Shown here one piece after another: positions 11,180 to 26,328 of a DNA stretch of 64,000 nucleotides. The notes under the pieces were generated by a model, which was given only the letters and a program-made list of their open reading frames with translations, did not search any database and was not told the DNA's origin. Source of the stretch: Anaeramoeba ignava BMAN (Eukaryota > Protista > Anaeramoebae); contig JAPDFW010000067.1 in NCBI GenBank assembly GCA_028826165.1, forward strand, positions 186,001-250,000, written 5' to 3'. Within the stretch, counting starts at the first letter, position 1. Every line of letters begins with the position of its first letter. The position numbers and the translations under genes were made by a program.

Positions 11180-13790
11180 TTTATTTTAAATTTAATTTAA
11201 TAATTTAAATTAATAAATAAAAATGTAAATAAATTATTTAAATAAATAAAATATTTGTTTAGAATAATATTATTTATATTTATTTTAATTTTAAATTTAA
11301 TTAAATAATTTTTATTCCACTTTTTTTTGATTTATTGATTTATTTAATTTAAAAATAATTTTAATTTAAATTAATAAATAAAAATGTAAATAAATTATTT
11401 AAATAAATAAAATATTTGCTTAAAATATTATTATTTATAATTATTTTAATTTTAAATTTAATTTAATAATTTTTATTCCACTTTTTGATTTTTAGTTTAT
11501 TTAATTTAAAAATAATTTTAATTTAAATTAATAAATAAAAATGAAAATAAATTATTTAAATAAATTAAAATATTTGTTTAGAATAATATTATTTATAATT
11601 ATTTTAATTTTAAATTTAATTTAATAATTTTTATTCCACTTTTTGATTTATTGATTTATTTAATTTATAAATAATTTTAGATTTAAATTAATAAATAAAA
11701 ATGTAAATAAATTATTTAAATAAATTAAATATTTGTTTAAAATAATATTATTTATAATTATTTTAATTTTAAATTTAATTAAATAATTTTTATTCCACTT
11801 TTTGATTTATTGATTTATTTAATTTTATAAATAATTTTTATTAATTAAATAAATAAAATGTAAATAAATTATTTAAATAAATAAAATATTTGCTTTAAAA
11901 TAATATAATTTATATTTATTTTTAATTTTAAATTTAATTAAATAATTTTTATTCCACTTTTTCATTTTTAATTTATTTTTATTTTAAATAATTTTAATTT
12001 AAATTAATTAATAAAAATGTAAATAAATTATTTAAATAAATAAAATATTTGTTTAAAATAATATTATTTATAATTATTTTTAATTTTAAATTTAATTTAA
12101 ATAATTTTTATTCCACTTTTTCATTTATTGATTTATTTTTATTTTTAAATAATTTTAATTTAAATTAATAAATAAAATGTAAAAATAAATTATTTAAATA
12201 AATTAATTATTTGTTTTAAAATAATATTATTTATATTTATTTTTAATTTTAAATTTAATTAAATAATTTTTATTCCACTTTTTGATTTATTGATTTATTT
12301 AATTTATAAATAATTTTAATTTAAATTAATAAATAAAAATGAAAATAAATTATTTTAAATAAATAAAATATTTGTTTAAAAATAATATTATTTATAATTA
12401 TTTTAATTTTAAAATTTAATTAAATAATTTTTATTCCACTTTTTGATTTATTGATTTATTTAATTTATAAGTAATTTTAATTTAAATTAATAAATAAAAA
12501 TGTAAATAAATTATTTAAATAAATAAAATATTTGTTTAAAATAATATAATTTATAATTATTTTAATTTTTAAATTTAATTAAATAATTTTTATTCCACTT
12601 TTTCATTTTTAATTTATTTAATTTATAAATAATTTTAATTTAAATTAATAAATAAAAATGTAAATAAATTATTTTAAATAAATTAATTATTTGTTTAGAA
12701 TAATATTATTTATAATTATTTTAATTTTAAATTTAATTAAATAATTTTTATTCCACTTTTTAATTTATTGGTTTATTTTTATTTTAAATAATTTTAATTT
12801 AAATTAATAAATAAAAATGTAAATAAATTATTTAAATAAATTAAATATTTGTTTAAAAAATAATATAATTTATATTTATTTTAATTTTAAATTTAATTAA
12901 ATAATTTTTATTCCACTTTTTCATTTTTAGTTTATTTTAATTTATAAATAATTTTAATTTAAATTAATTAATAAAAATGTAAATAAATTATTTAAATAAA
13001 TAAAATATTTGTTTTAAAATATTATTATTTATAATTATTTTAATTTTAAATTTAATTAAATAATTTTTATTCCACTTTTTGATTTATTGATTTATTTAAT
13101 TTAAAAATAATTTTAATTTTAAATTAATAAATAAAAATGAAAAATAAATTATTTAAATAAATTAAATATTTGTTTAAAATAATATTATTTATAATTATTT
13201 TAATTTTTAAATTTAATTAAATAATTTTTATTCCACTTTTTAATTTTTGATTTATTTAATTTATAAATAATTTTAATTTAAATTAATAAATAAAAAATGT
13301 AAATAAATTATTTAAATAAATTAATTATTTGTTTAAAATAATATTATTTATAATTATTTTAATTTTTAAATTTAATTAAATAATTTTTATTCCACTTTTT
13401 CGATTTATTGATTTAATTTATAAATAATTTTAATTTAAATTAATAAATAAAAATGTAAATAAATTATTTAAATAAATTAATTATTTGTTTAAAATAATAT
13501 AATTTATAATTATTTTAATTTTAAATTTAATTAAATAATTTTTATTCCACTTTTTTTTGATTTTTTTATTTAATTTATAAATAATTTTAATTTAAATTAA
13601 TTAATAAAAATGAAAATAAATTATTTAAATAAATAAAATATTTGCTTAAAATAATATTATTTATATTTATTTTAATTTTAAATTTAATTAAATAATTTTT
13701 ATTCCACTTTTTTTTGATTTTTTAATTTATTTAATTTATAAATAATTTTAGATTTAATTTAATAATTTTGTTCCACTTTTTAATTAGTTT
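11180..13790. repeat. Tandem satellite, unit ~155-162 bp, 16 full copies plus a partial copy, extremely AT-rich
   Basis: Landmark TTATTCCACTTTT recurs with CCAC at 11317, 11478, 11636, 11795, 11954, 12113, 12275, 12436, 12595, 12753, 12913, 13072, 13233, 13392, 13547 and 13704, with a partial unit at 13773. Confidence 0.95.
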
Positions 13791-13936
13791 TAATTTATTT
13801 TTTAGAAAAAGAGAAAAGAGAAAAGAGAAGAAAAAAATTTTTTTTTCATTTTTTCTTTTTCATTTTTTTTTTTTCATTATTTTTCTTTGATTTGTTTTTT
13901 TCTTAATTGTTATTTTTATTTTTTTTATTTTTCTTT

Positions 13937-16900
13937 ATGGCTTTCTTTAAAGGAATTTTTAAAAAAACAAAACAAACAAAAACAACAAAAACAACAAAAA
14001 ATTTTGATGTTTTTTCAAATGATTTTCCAATTGAAAGTAGTGGATTTTTAAATCATTCTCCATCAGGAGAAATAATAGAAGATTTATGGCAAACAAGAAA
14101 ACAAATAACAGACAATGTAATTTTTCAAAAAAGAAAAATTTCTCTTTAATAAATTTTAATTATTATTTTTTTTTGAAAAATTTTTAAAATTGGTTAATTT
14201 ATTTGTTTTTAAAGGATGCTTTAACTGAATGGTACATGAAACTTGGTACAACTTTTATTGAATTATATAATAATTGGGAACCTAATTATCAAGAAGATGA
14301 ATTTATAAAGCAAATTACACAAAAAACAAAAGAAGAAATGCAGAAGGAAGATCTTCAAAAAAATGAAAATAAACCAAAAAAAGGAAAAAGATTTAAATGG
14401 AAAAGAAAAGGAAAAAAAGATCAAAATAAACAAAATGAAGACGAAATAGATCCTGAAGTCTTAGAAAAAATTGTTATTCAAGAAGCAATCAATAAAGATT
14501 ATGCTCAACCTACAGAATTTATAATTCGATTTCTTCGTGTTTTAATTACTTTTAAAACTGATTTAATGAAAGGTAATTTTTAATTTTTTCAATTTATAAT
14601 TTTTCCAATTTAAAATTTTTTCAATTTAAAATTTTTTCATTAAGAAATTGAAAAAAGAATTTCAAATCAACAAGCAGAACTTAATATTTTAACAGCTGTT
14701 TCACTTGAAGTTATATCTATTTTATCTCGTTCAAAATTTAATAGAAATCGTTTAATCAATTATGGTTTATTTCAAGAAGTTGTTGAAATTGCAACTTTAA
14801 CAAATACTTTATTTTCTTTTTTTCTAAATAAGGTTTTAATCAATTTTTAATCAACAAAAATTTTTTGTGTTCATTTCCTTGTTTTTTCTTTCTTCAGGAT
14901 TTACAATCAAAACAAAAAGAAAAAGAAAAAGAAGATAAAATTATCACTTTAAATCTCTTTCAAACACAAAATTTATTATTGATTGAATTTCTAATTACAA
15001 AGATTTTAGATATAATTTCACATTTTTCAATGATTAAACCAACATATTTAAATGAATCATTTTTCTCAAATTTTTCCCAATCAGATAAATCTGATCTTGA
15101 ATGGATAATTAAATCAGGATTAATTGATTCACTTGTTAGTAAGTATTTAATTTTATTATTTTAAAAATTTTTTTTAAATATTTAATATATTTTTTTTAAG
15201 GCTGCCTTGAAAAAATGAGGAAATTAAATGAATTCGTTCTTTTTAATCAAATTCAATACAATATCCAAATCAATTTAATCAACACAATGCTTGTAATATC
15301 AAGTTCAGGTCTTCTTTCCAATGAAACATTTTACAGAATCACAGATATATTAATCGGAATGTTATTACGTCCAAATTTATCACTTCCAGGATTAAAAATT
15401 CATTCATTCGAAGAATCACAAACAAATAACCAAAATAACTCACAAGAAAAATCAGATAAACCAATAATAACAACTGATGTTCTTTACTATTTTTGGATCC
15501 CAAATTATCACCAAGAACACAATCCAGATTTATCTGGAAACGATCTTTTATCAACAGAACAAACTCAAAATATAGAATTTCAAATCAGAATAGTTATTCT
15601 TCAATTATTTAGGGAATTAATTGCTGATAATGCAAATGCAGAAGTTCAAGTCGGAAAAAATGTTAAGTTTTCTCATTTATGTGATTTTATTCTTTGGGTT
15701 GCTCAAAATTTTCCTTCTGATATTGTTGCCAGTTTTATTCAAGAGAATAATAATTTAATTGAAACAAAACTAACAGAAATTTCAAAAAAGAAAAAAGAGC
15801 AATTATTGGACCAAATCAAAAGACAATCAAAAGAAACTACTCCTATTCAATTTAATTTTAGTTCAAATATTGATTTCCGTTTGAATGAAAAAAATATTTA
15901 TGATCCTGAAGGTAAAACAAATAAATTTTTCATCCAAAAAATAAATCCCATTTTAAAATATCTTCTTTTTAAAAAGAATTCAAAAATAATTTACCAAGAG
16001 AAGTTCTTATAACCAAAAATTTTGACATTTCTCAATGCAATCGAATTACAAAACCTGTTCGTAAAGTTCAAAATGTTGACAATCCTTATATTCATAGATT
16101 ATTCCAAATTTTAGGAGATATTTGTCTTGAAAGTACAAATAATTCACAAGCAATTCGCCAATTAAAATCAAACCAAGAAAATATTTCAAATACAAATACA
16201 AATACAAATAAAAGCAAAAACAAAAACAAAAATAAAAATAAAAATAAAAATGAAAATGAAAATGAGGAAAAGGATGAAGTTTCACAATCATGGAAAAATA
16301 TTCAAACTTGGACTTCTACATCTGAAATTAATATGAGAATTAAAGATAGGATTTTATTTGTTTGCTTGGATTTATTTCATTATAATTTTCATAAATCATT
16401 CACAAATACAAACGCAAGAAATTTTGTACTTTCAATTTCTCCTCAACTTCAAGTAAATAACAAAAGCAAAAATGAAAAGATTAAAAAAAATAATTTTTGT
16501 TTTTAAATAATTTTGTTTTTTTTAGTATGAAGTTCTAATGCTATTCGCAAATAGTTTGGATCAGGAAAGTTTAGATCTTTTAGGATCAAGAAATTTATGG
16601 AAAATATTCTTTTCAAATTTTTTCTATTATGAATTAAATAATGATTTTATTGGACCTCCAAAATCAGAAGAATTACTTTTCCAAATATCTGATTATTTAT
16701 TCAAATTCATTACATATGTTGGTTCAAATGAAAAAATAACAAATATTGAGGAATGCAAAGCTTTAGTTAATTTAATCAAAGAAAATTGGTTTAATTTGAA
16801 TGTTATCACGCAAGCATTAGATTCATTGATAGTCATTTTAAAAAATGTTCCCAAAATGACAATATCTTCACTTTATCAAATTAAAGCAATCAAAATATTC

Positions 16901-19900
16901 ACCGATTTATCAAAGGATTTATTTGAATTTCAAACATTCCAAAATTGTTTAAATGAAGAACAAAAGAAGAAATATATTAATGAATGTGCTACTACTAAAG
17001 AATGGATATTTGAATCAGAAACCAAAAAATATTCGCTTGATTTGGTTTATGAGATTCGGCTCAAATTATTTGAGGTTATTGATATATTCTTCATTGATTT
17101 TGAAATGAGATCAAAATTTATTGAAGAAAATGACCAGAATTTAGCTTTAATTAAGCTATTATTGTGCCTACTTCTTGAGCCTCAAATCCAAAAATACTCA
17201 TTGTATCAATTGGCTAGATTTATGCTTGCTGCACCTGAAGAAACACCATCCTTAATTTGGTTTGAATTGTTCACATCATTTGTAGAATTTTTAATGTCTA
17301 TTCATCAAAAACAAGAAAGAATAATGTCTCAAAAATCACAAAGTCATAAATTCATTTTATTGATAAAATCCATTCTTTTTGCAACTTCTTCTTGTATTTT
17401 TCAACATCAAAACCCTTTGCAACAACTTTTTGTATCTGCGGGTTCTTTTAAAATGCTTGTCACATTTTTGAGTAGTTCTCTGTTTGGGAATAATTTAATT
17501 GTGGATGTTTTGAAAATGTTTATTGAATTGTTTCGAGGAAATAGAGAAAACATGCTTGAATTCAAATATGATGTTGGATACAAAAACTTGGAAAATTTGA
17601 TATATAATGCTGAGCTCCAAAAACCATCAATTTCAACTTATAATTTATTATTGAATATGGTTGTTAACAATAATTATTCTCCACCCATTTTTGAAAATGA
17701 AAATGATTTGGATAACGCGAATCAAAACGAGTATTATCATGATGATTATTTTAACGGGATGTTCCCATATATTGATTATAATTATTTTGATAAGGAAAAG
17801 AATTTTTTGATCCAAAATCCAGAAGTTATAATGATAATGTTTGAAATGTTTTCAAAAGGAAAAAGAAAAGAAGATTTGCAGATATTTTATAATTTGTTGG
17901 AAACATTTTCTGAAATTTGTGAAATGTCAATTCATAATGCATCTTGTTGTTGTGAAGTTGGACTTGTTTCTTTTCTTGCAAATTTGATACCGAATCTTCA
18001 ATCATATGAAGAATATTTCGAAAAAGAAAAAGAAGATGAAGATGAAGAGAAAAAAAAATTATTGCAAATAGTTCTTGAACAAACAATAAGATTACTTGGT
18101 GTTATTGGATCACATAGTATGACTGTCAAAGAATTGAAAACTTTGTTTATTTTGCTGAAAAGTTTGAAAGGAGACTTTCGTCCGCCTTATTCTCATTTAT
18201 TATTAGAAGCAATGCAAAAAATGCTTGGTTCAAAAAGTATTGACAAGAAAATACAACCAAAAGTATTTTTTGATTTCAATGGAAGATCATCATGTCTTGA
18301 AATACCACAACTTGATAAATGGCCATCATCAAAAGGATACTCGTTTTCAACATGGTTGAGAGTGGAAAACTTTGAAGATCCTTTAAGCAAACCAAATTAT
18401 GAACCAAGAATATTGAGTTTTTTAAATGAAAGTGGTCATGGTATTGAAATATACTTCAAATACAGGAAACAAGCAAATAATTCAGATCCAAAATCCAAAT
18501 CAAGCACAAATACAAACATCGAAAACGAAATTATACCAAATGTAAATCAGACAAAAACAAAATCCAGGAAAAAATATAAAACAATAAGCCTCAATAACTT
18601 GAAGTTGGATTTACAAGAGATGAATGAAAATAGTGAAGATCAAAATTTGGATTTGTCTCGGTATTCTGAACCCATTGCAGATTTAGTTTTGAAAGTTGTT
18701 TTGCCAAATAAAGTTGATTATTGCACTTTTCCCTTTTATATATCATTAAGAAAATGGTGTTTTTTCGCAATTACCCATTCATCACCAAGATGGACTTCAT
18801 CAGGAGAAGTTAAATTTTATATTGATGGTTTTTTTGTTGGCAAATATCCATTAGAATATCCAAATATTGACTTTCCATTGACAAAAAACAGGATTGGATC
18901 AAATTTCATCGTAAAGCAAAAAGATAATTCAAATACTCAAGGAAACCATTTTTTTGGGCAAATGGGAACAATTTATTTCTTTACAGATGCTCTTCATCAA
19001 ACACAAATTACAGGAATATATCAATTAGGACCTGATTATATGTCTTCTTTTGAAGATGCATCATTCAATTTAGCTTCAAACACACCAAATAGCCCAAGAA
19101 TAATAAGAAAAACGATGAGTTATTCAGGAAGTCCTCTTACATCTCCATATACTATCAACGCATTAGATGGATCTTTAGCAGAAAAAATATTTTTCAATTT
19201 CAATAGTAAAGCTTGCGATCTTCATTATTGTATTGACCAAAGTCCTGTTTCTGTAATTCAAAAGGCAAAAATTGTTGGAATGTTTAAGTATGTTTCAAGA
19301 GATTTGGAAGATATTATTCATTGTTTAGGAGGAATCAAAATATTATTCCCGCTTTTAGCTCAACTTGATCAACCAGCTGCTTCTCCTCAAAATTTAAAAT
19401 TTTTAAATATGGATAATTTTCCAAAAGAAAAAGAAAATGAAAATGAACAAAATCAAACAAATTTAATGGATTTTAATTCTTTAAAGCAAATGATTGATTA
19501 TTCAATCGATCCAAATATGTCAGGACAAATATTACAGTTAATCTTCCAAATGTTAGTTCAAAATCTATCTAATCAAGAAGATATGAAACGTTCTTATGGA
19601 TTTCAAATAATAAGCCATCTTCTACAAACATTTTCACCAAAACATATCACAATAAATGTTGTTAAATCACTGAAAACATTTATTATGTCAATTCAAAACC
19701 AAGATTTATTAACAGATTTAATTAACAATTTTGTCTTGGATTTCGATAATTGGATATATAGTAGTTTTGAAGTTCAAATCAAATTGATTAAACAAGTATT
19801 TTCGAAGTTATTAGTCCCAAATCCTTTAAATAATTTCCATGGTAAAATCTCAACTCAAGATATTATGAATATTCTTCGTTTATACTATTGGATTACAGCA

Positions 19901-22900
19901 GAAACTTATTCAAAAGGAATTGAGAATAGATTCCATTCAGTAACAAAAGAACTGATTGGAAAAAGACCTTCTCTTGAAGAATCAAAACAAATCCGCAAAT
20001 TGTTAGTTCAATGTATCACTAATTTGATTTTGCATTCACAAAATTCACAAGAAATTTCATCAGTCATTATGTATTCGTTTGCAATGATTGATATTAACCA
20101 TAGTGATGAGATTAAAGATATTCTTTTGGTTATTCATGATTTAATTCATACAGATGCTAAATGTAAGGAATGGTCAAATAATTATAATAAAGATTCTGAG
20201 AATCAAAATCAAAACCAAAAAAAGCAAATTGAAAAAGAAACAGAAGCTCAGAAATTGAAACTTCTTGATTCTCTCAATTCTTTCAAGTTTATGGATACTT
20301 TTATTATATTTCTCAATTCTGATGATGATGATCTTCGTGCATTATCATTGCATATTTTATATGATTTAGGGAATTACTCAGATTTATATCCGAAGAAGAA
20401 ATGGAAAAGTAGATTAATCTCAAAAAAAGGATATGAAACAATACATAACATTTTGATAAGTCATTCGTTTACAAAAAAAATATGTAATGTTTTGTTCTCA
20501 ATATTAGTTTCATCGCAAGTTGAAATTACTGATCAAGAAAAAAAGCATTACTATCTTATAAAAAGATCAAGTGTTTTAGAAACAATTTTTTATTTAATCC
20601 AGAATAACGATCCAAAAGAATTGACAGTCCATGCAACCAATACAATTATTAATATATTAAAAGGAAATGATACAAACAAAGAAATTATGATCAAGCAATT
20701 TGGATGGCAGCAATGGTTGATTGATATATATCTTTCCAAAATGAATAAACAGCAAACTGCTGAAGACGAACAAAATATTGAAGATGCGCAAAAATTTCAG
20801 TTGTTCAAAAAGCAAATTATTGAAGGGATTTTCACAATATTTCGTATCATCCATATTTATAGTATTTTTAGTGATAAAAACGGCACTCAATGCTTTGAGC
20901 AAACTACACATTTTGTTCAAAATACTTCGTGGGAAACGGAAAATATGGAAATTAATTTTTTGCGTAGACTTTATTCAGATATCATTTCTGAGATTAAACA
21001 ATTGATAAGCGAAAAGAAAGGAATTAAAAATGTTGTAACAAATTCAGCAATTTTTGCTGATAATTTCATTAGTTTGTCAGATTTGTTTTCCAAGTTTGTT
21101 AGCTTTACATTTAAAGAGATTCCAAAAACAACATCTGAAAATGCACCGATACCAACCACAGTATCATCAATCAAAGATGGAGAGAAAAAACTTTTACGAA
21201 AAGAATCAATAGCTCTGAACCAGAAATTCAAAAACAAAAAAACAATTAGAAGAACATTAGGGCCAGATTATTTCCGTATTTTAAATGAGTCTCGAAAATC
21301 ATCGAATCAAGAAAAAAAACCAAATGAAATGCAAGAGATTGACGAATTATTAACGATTCATAAGAATTATGGTGATTTTATTCTAACAAGTCAATTCAGG
21401 ATGAAGGGAATGGATTGGGAAGATTTGGATATTATTAAAGATTTTATCAATTTGTTTTCTGAAATTGGATTGGTTTACTTAACAAAAAGCAAGTCTGTGA
21501 TTTCTGAAAAGGAAAAATTGAAGTTTATTATCCAAAATATCATTTCTATAATTTTAAACGGTATCAAAAATTTTGAGATTGAGCAAAGTGATTGGTTTTT
21601 TGAAAAATTATACGATATCTTCGGCACAATCCAAAAAATATCATCTCTTAAACCTATTAGAAATGGGATTGCATCGATCATACTTTCATACTTATTTTCA
21701 GCACTTGAAGACTCAAAAAATCAAACAAAAAAACAAGGGATTAAAAGAAAAGACTCAATGAGTCAAATTCCATTACAAAATTTTGGAGGAAATGAACTTG
21801 AGATTTCTACTTTAGAACTTTTTGATTTTTCGCAAAAATCACCTTTATCGAGTGTATCAGAAAAAAAGCCATTTGAACAAATATTATTAGAACATATCCA
21901 AAAAATATTCAAGAAATCATATTCGTTTCTTGCAAGCACTGTTCGAGATAAATCAGGCATTCTTCTTCTTCCAAATAACAAATCAAACTCATATATTTTC
22001 CATCAAACAAAAGAGCAACTTATCGCAAGATTTAGCAGTCCTGATTGGAAATTTGCGATTGAAGATTTTTTCCACAAGGAAGTTGATAAATTTCGGATTG
22101 AAAAAGAAATTGAATGCAAAATTTATTCACAAGAAATTATAACTTCAGTTCAAGAATTGCAAATAAATATCAACAAGGAATTAACAGACAAAATGCAATC
22201 TATGAAAAAAACAACCAACGAATTGTTGAATAAATGGTTTCCATCAAAAGTGCGAGAGGAAAACCAGAGAATTGCGAAATTGGTTGAATTAAAAACAAAG
22301 AAGAAGGCAATATCCGCAAGAAAATGGACTTGGGCACTTAGAAGTGTAAGTAATGAAAGAGGACCTTGGGGATCTCGAGATTCCTCAATTCCGATTCATT
22401 GGAAACTTGACAGAACAGAAGATGATCATCATCGACGCAAAAAACTGAAACAGAACTATCATTTCGATAACCACTTTGATGCCTCAATAAGAAGAGATGA
22501 AAGTTCACGAGAAGCAGCAGATAAAATCATTATCGAAACATACGACAAAATGCAGCTTGAGAAAATGACAAATCAAGCGAAGAAATCACTTTCTGGAATT
22601 AAAATGATTGCAAATATTGATGGAGAAGATAATGCAGAAGATGAATTTGATGACAGCACAGTGAATTACAACAAAGATGAAATATCAACAATGGAATCCA
22701 ATGAAAACACACCCACAAATATAAATGTTAAGAAAGTTATATATCGAACAGAATGCTCTTTAGTTGCTCCGCTCACAATCATACCCGGAATTCTTGAAAT
22801 ATCAACAAAATCACTTGATTTTTATCCAAATAAAGAGGCTGCAATTGAAGCCAATAAGGATTCTACACTTGATAAATACAATATTCTTAATAGAAGTGCT

Positions 22901-25900
22901 GATACTATTTTTAAAGACCGTTCTTGGCAATTGAAAGAAATTCGAAAAGTTTATAAAAGATCATACAGACTAAGACAATCCGGATTGGAAATATTTTTAA
23001 CCAACAAGAAAAATTTCTTCCTTCATTTTCCAAAACAGAATAGAAATGTTGTTTTCCGAAAAATTATCAATTTGAAATTGCCTAATATTTTCAAAATTGA
23101 TTCAGGAAGACCTTCAGAATGGCTTCGAAAAACACATCTTACTAAAAAATGGCAGAAGAGACAAATATCCAATTTTGATTATTTAATGGAATTGAATGTT
23201 ATTGCTGGAAGAACATATAATGATGTTTCTCAGTATCCTGTATTTCCTTGGATAATCTCAGATTATGATTCAGAAGATTTGGATTTGAATGATGATAAAA
23301 CATTTAGAGATCTTTCAAAGCCTATTGGAGCGTTAAATGAAAAGAGGCTTCAAGAATTTATTGATAGATATGAAAGTTTCGAAGATCCAGATAATGTTAT
23401 TCCACCATTTTATTATGGTTCACATTATTCAAGCACTGGTAAATATTTTAATTTAATTTTAATTTCAAATTTAATTTTCAAAATGAATTTTAATTTCAAA
23501 ATGAATTTTAATTTCAAATTTAATTATAATTTCAAAATGAATTTTAATTTCAAAATGAATTTTAAATTTAAATTATAAAAGCAATTATTTTGTACTATTT
23601 AATCAGAATGGAACCATTTACAACTTTGTCAATTAAATTACAAGGAGGAAAATTCGATCATGCAGACCGTTTATTTAGTTCGATTGGACAAACATGGAAA
23701 AATTGTTTAACAAATTCTTCAGATGTTAAAGAATTGATTCCTGAATTTTATTATTTCCCAGAATTCCTTCAAAATTTTAATCAATTTGATTTGGGAAAAA
23801 CACAAAATGAATCAATAATAGGAGATATAATTCTTCCCAAATGGGCAAAAAATAGTGAAGATTTTATAAGAATAAACAGAAGAGCTTTAGAAAGTGAATA
23901 TGTTTCACAACATTTACACGAATGGATTGATTTGATTTTTGGATACAAACAAAAGGGAGAAGAAGCAAAAAAGGCATATAATATTTTCTATTATTTAACT
24001 TATGAAAATTCAGTTAATATTGATTTAATTACTGATGAAAGAGAAAGAAAAGCTATTGAAGAGCAAACTGAGTTTTTTGGACAAACACCAAGTCAAATAT
24101 TCACAAAACCACATCCAAAAAGATATTCACTTGCAGAATCAAATGCAATTCCTTTATATTGGGATTTTTCGAAATATGCAAAGATTTATACAAATTTTTT
24201 GGATTTAACAGATTCAGGAATTTTATTTGTTCATTTTGACAATCGTTTAACAATATTTGATAAGAAAAGATATCTTTCTGCATTCAAATTAATAGCAACA
24301 TCAACATCAACATCATCACCAAACAAATCAAATTCTTTATCTGGACAAACAGGAAATGAGAGTTTTGAAATTGGGAAGGAAGAAAGCAAACATCAACAAC
24401 ATCAACGTTCTGTCAAAAGCCGGAAATCATTTTACAAAATCAAGTCACGTTTATCTGTTAAATATAAAGCAAAACCTATTATATTTGATCAAGAAATTAA
24501 TAAAGATTTTCAAGATTTTAGTAAAATTTCAAATATTGATAAAAATCAAAATGAAAATCAAATTGAAAATAAAAATCAAAATCAAAATCAAAATCAAATT
24601 GAAAATCAAATTAAAAATCAAATTAAAAATGAAAATCAAAATCAAAATCAAAATCAAAATCAAAATCAAAATCAAAATGAAAATGAAAATGAAAATCAAA
24701 ATCAAAATCAAATTAAAAATCAAATTGAAATTGAAAATCAAAATCAAAATAAAAATCAAATTGAAAATCAAAATCAAATTGAAAATCAAAATGAAAATGA
24801 AAATCAAATTGAAAATGAAAATGAAAATCAAAATCAAAATCAAAATAAATTTGAAAATAAAAATCAAAATGAAAATGAAAATCAAAATCAAAATAAAAAT
24901 CAAAATAAAAATAAAAATAAATTTGAAAATGAAAATGAAAATAAAAATGAAATTAAAAATCAAAATCAAATTGAAATTCAAAATCAAAATCAAAATCAAA
25001 ATCAAAATCAAAATGAAAATCAAATTCAAAATCAAATTCAAAATCAAAATCAAAATCAAATTCAAAATCAAATTCAAAATCAAAATCAAAATCAAAATCA
25101 AAATCAAAATCAAATTGAAAATCAAAATGAAAATCAAAATCAAAATCAAAATCAAAATGAAAATGAAAATCAAAATCAAAATCAAAATCAAAATAAAAAT
25201 AAAAATAAAAATGAAAATGAAAATCAAAATCAAAATAAAAATCAAAATAAAAATCAAAATAAAAATCAAAATAATGAAAATGAAAATAAAAATGAAAATA
25301 AAAATGAAAATGAAAATGAAAATGAAAATGAAAATGAAAATGAAAATGAAAATGATACAGATACAGAAAATTTAAGTGAATCAGGAATCGAAAAAAATAA
25401 GCCAAAAGAAATGCAAAAAAGTCAAATTCAACCACAAGAAACAATAACAGAAATGACAAAACAAATAGAAAATGGAGAAGGACTTGTTTTTGAGGTTGAA
25501 TCATTGATGAAAGGAATCAAAAAAACAGTTGGAGTATCATTTGCATTTGGAATATCGAAGATGAGCAATTGTTTTGCAGTTTTAGAAAATGAAAAAATAT
25601 TTTTCAGTTGTGGATTTTGGGACAACAGCTTCAAATTAACAAATTTAGACAACTCCAAATTAATACAATCAATAACACAACATAAAGATATTGTAACATG
25701 TTTAGCAATTGATCATGAAATATTAGTAACAGGCTCAAGAGATACAACAGTAATGATTTGGAAAATTGATTTGAGAGAAGGAAAAGTAAAAGAAAAACCA
25801 AAGAATATTTTATATGGACATGATGATGAAGTAACAAGTGTGGATTTGAATCAAGAACTTGATATTGTTGTAAGTGGAGCCAAAGACGGAACTTGTATTA

Positions 25901-26328
25901 TTCATTCTTTAAGAAATGCTCAATATGTTCGATCAATTTTCATCAATGAGAATAATGAAAATAATAAAAATGACAGCAATACTCAATCAATAATATCAAT
26001 GCTTAAAATTTCAAATGAAGGAAATATTCTTGTTTATTCTGATAATGATTTATCTATTCGATTGTTTAGTATTAATGGAAAACTTCTTAAAATTATTGAT
26101 ACTTCTCAACATATTAATTCTTGGGATTTAACAAGAAATGACCAATATTTAATCACAGGAAGTGAACAAGGAGTTATACAAGTTCGTCAATTATGGGATT
26201 TGAAAAATATTTATAATTTTGAGTTTAATCATCCTATTTTATTTGTTTGTTTTACTTCTGATGAAAAACATATTCTTGCTGGTTTTGATAATGGAACCTT
26301 AATGATTGGTTCTTTATCTTTTAATTGA
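13937..26328 (+). CDS. BEACH-domain protein, neurobeachin/LRBA/NBEAL type (helical repeats, ConA-like domain, PH-BEACH, BEACH, WD40); 8 exons
   Basis: Phase-consistent exons: 13937-14116, 14215-14572, 14645-14832, 14898-15138, 15201-15911, 15977-16452, 16526-23438, 23582-26328. Motifs: [68 protein letters not shown]|[36 protein letters not shown], and WD repeats ([22 protein letters not shown]). Confidence 0.95.
24541..25352 (+). repeat. In-frame hexamer microsatellite encoding ~270 aa of (NQ/NE/NK)n within the BEACH protein
   Basis: AATCAA/AATGAA/AATAAA units. The frame stays open into the WD40 region. Confidence 0.9.

Noticed and set aside
11180-13790. CRISPR array
   Set aside because: Whole units repeat with no unique spacers, there are no cas genes, and the context is eukaryotic.
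24356-25504. Long MKIKIK / ILILIF / FDFDF ORFs (also 10208-10591, 38459-38719, 40262-41895, 43723-44115, 58955-59203)
   Set aside because: These are shadow frames of hexamer microsatellites, either overlapping real genes or inside introns.
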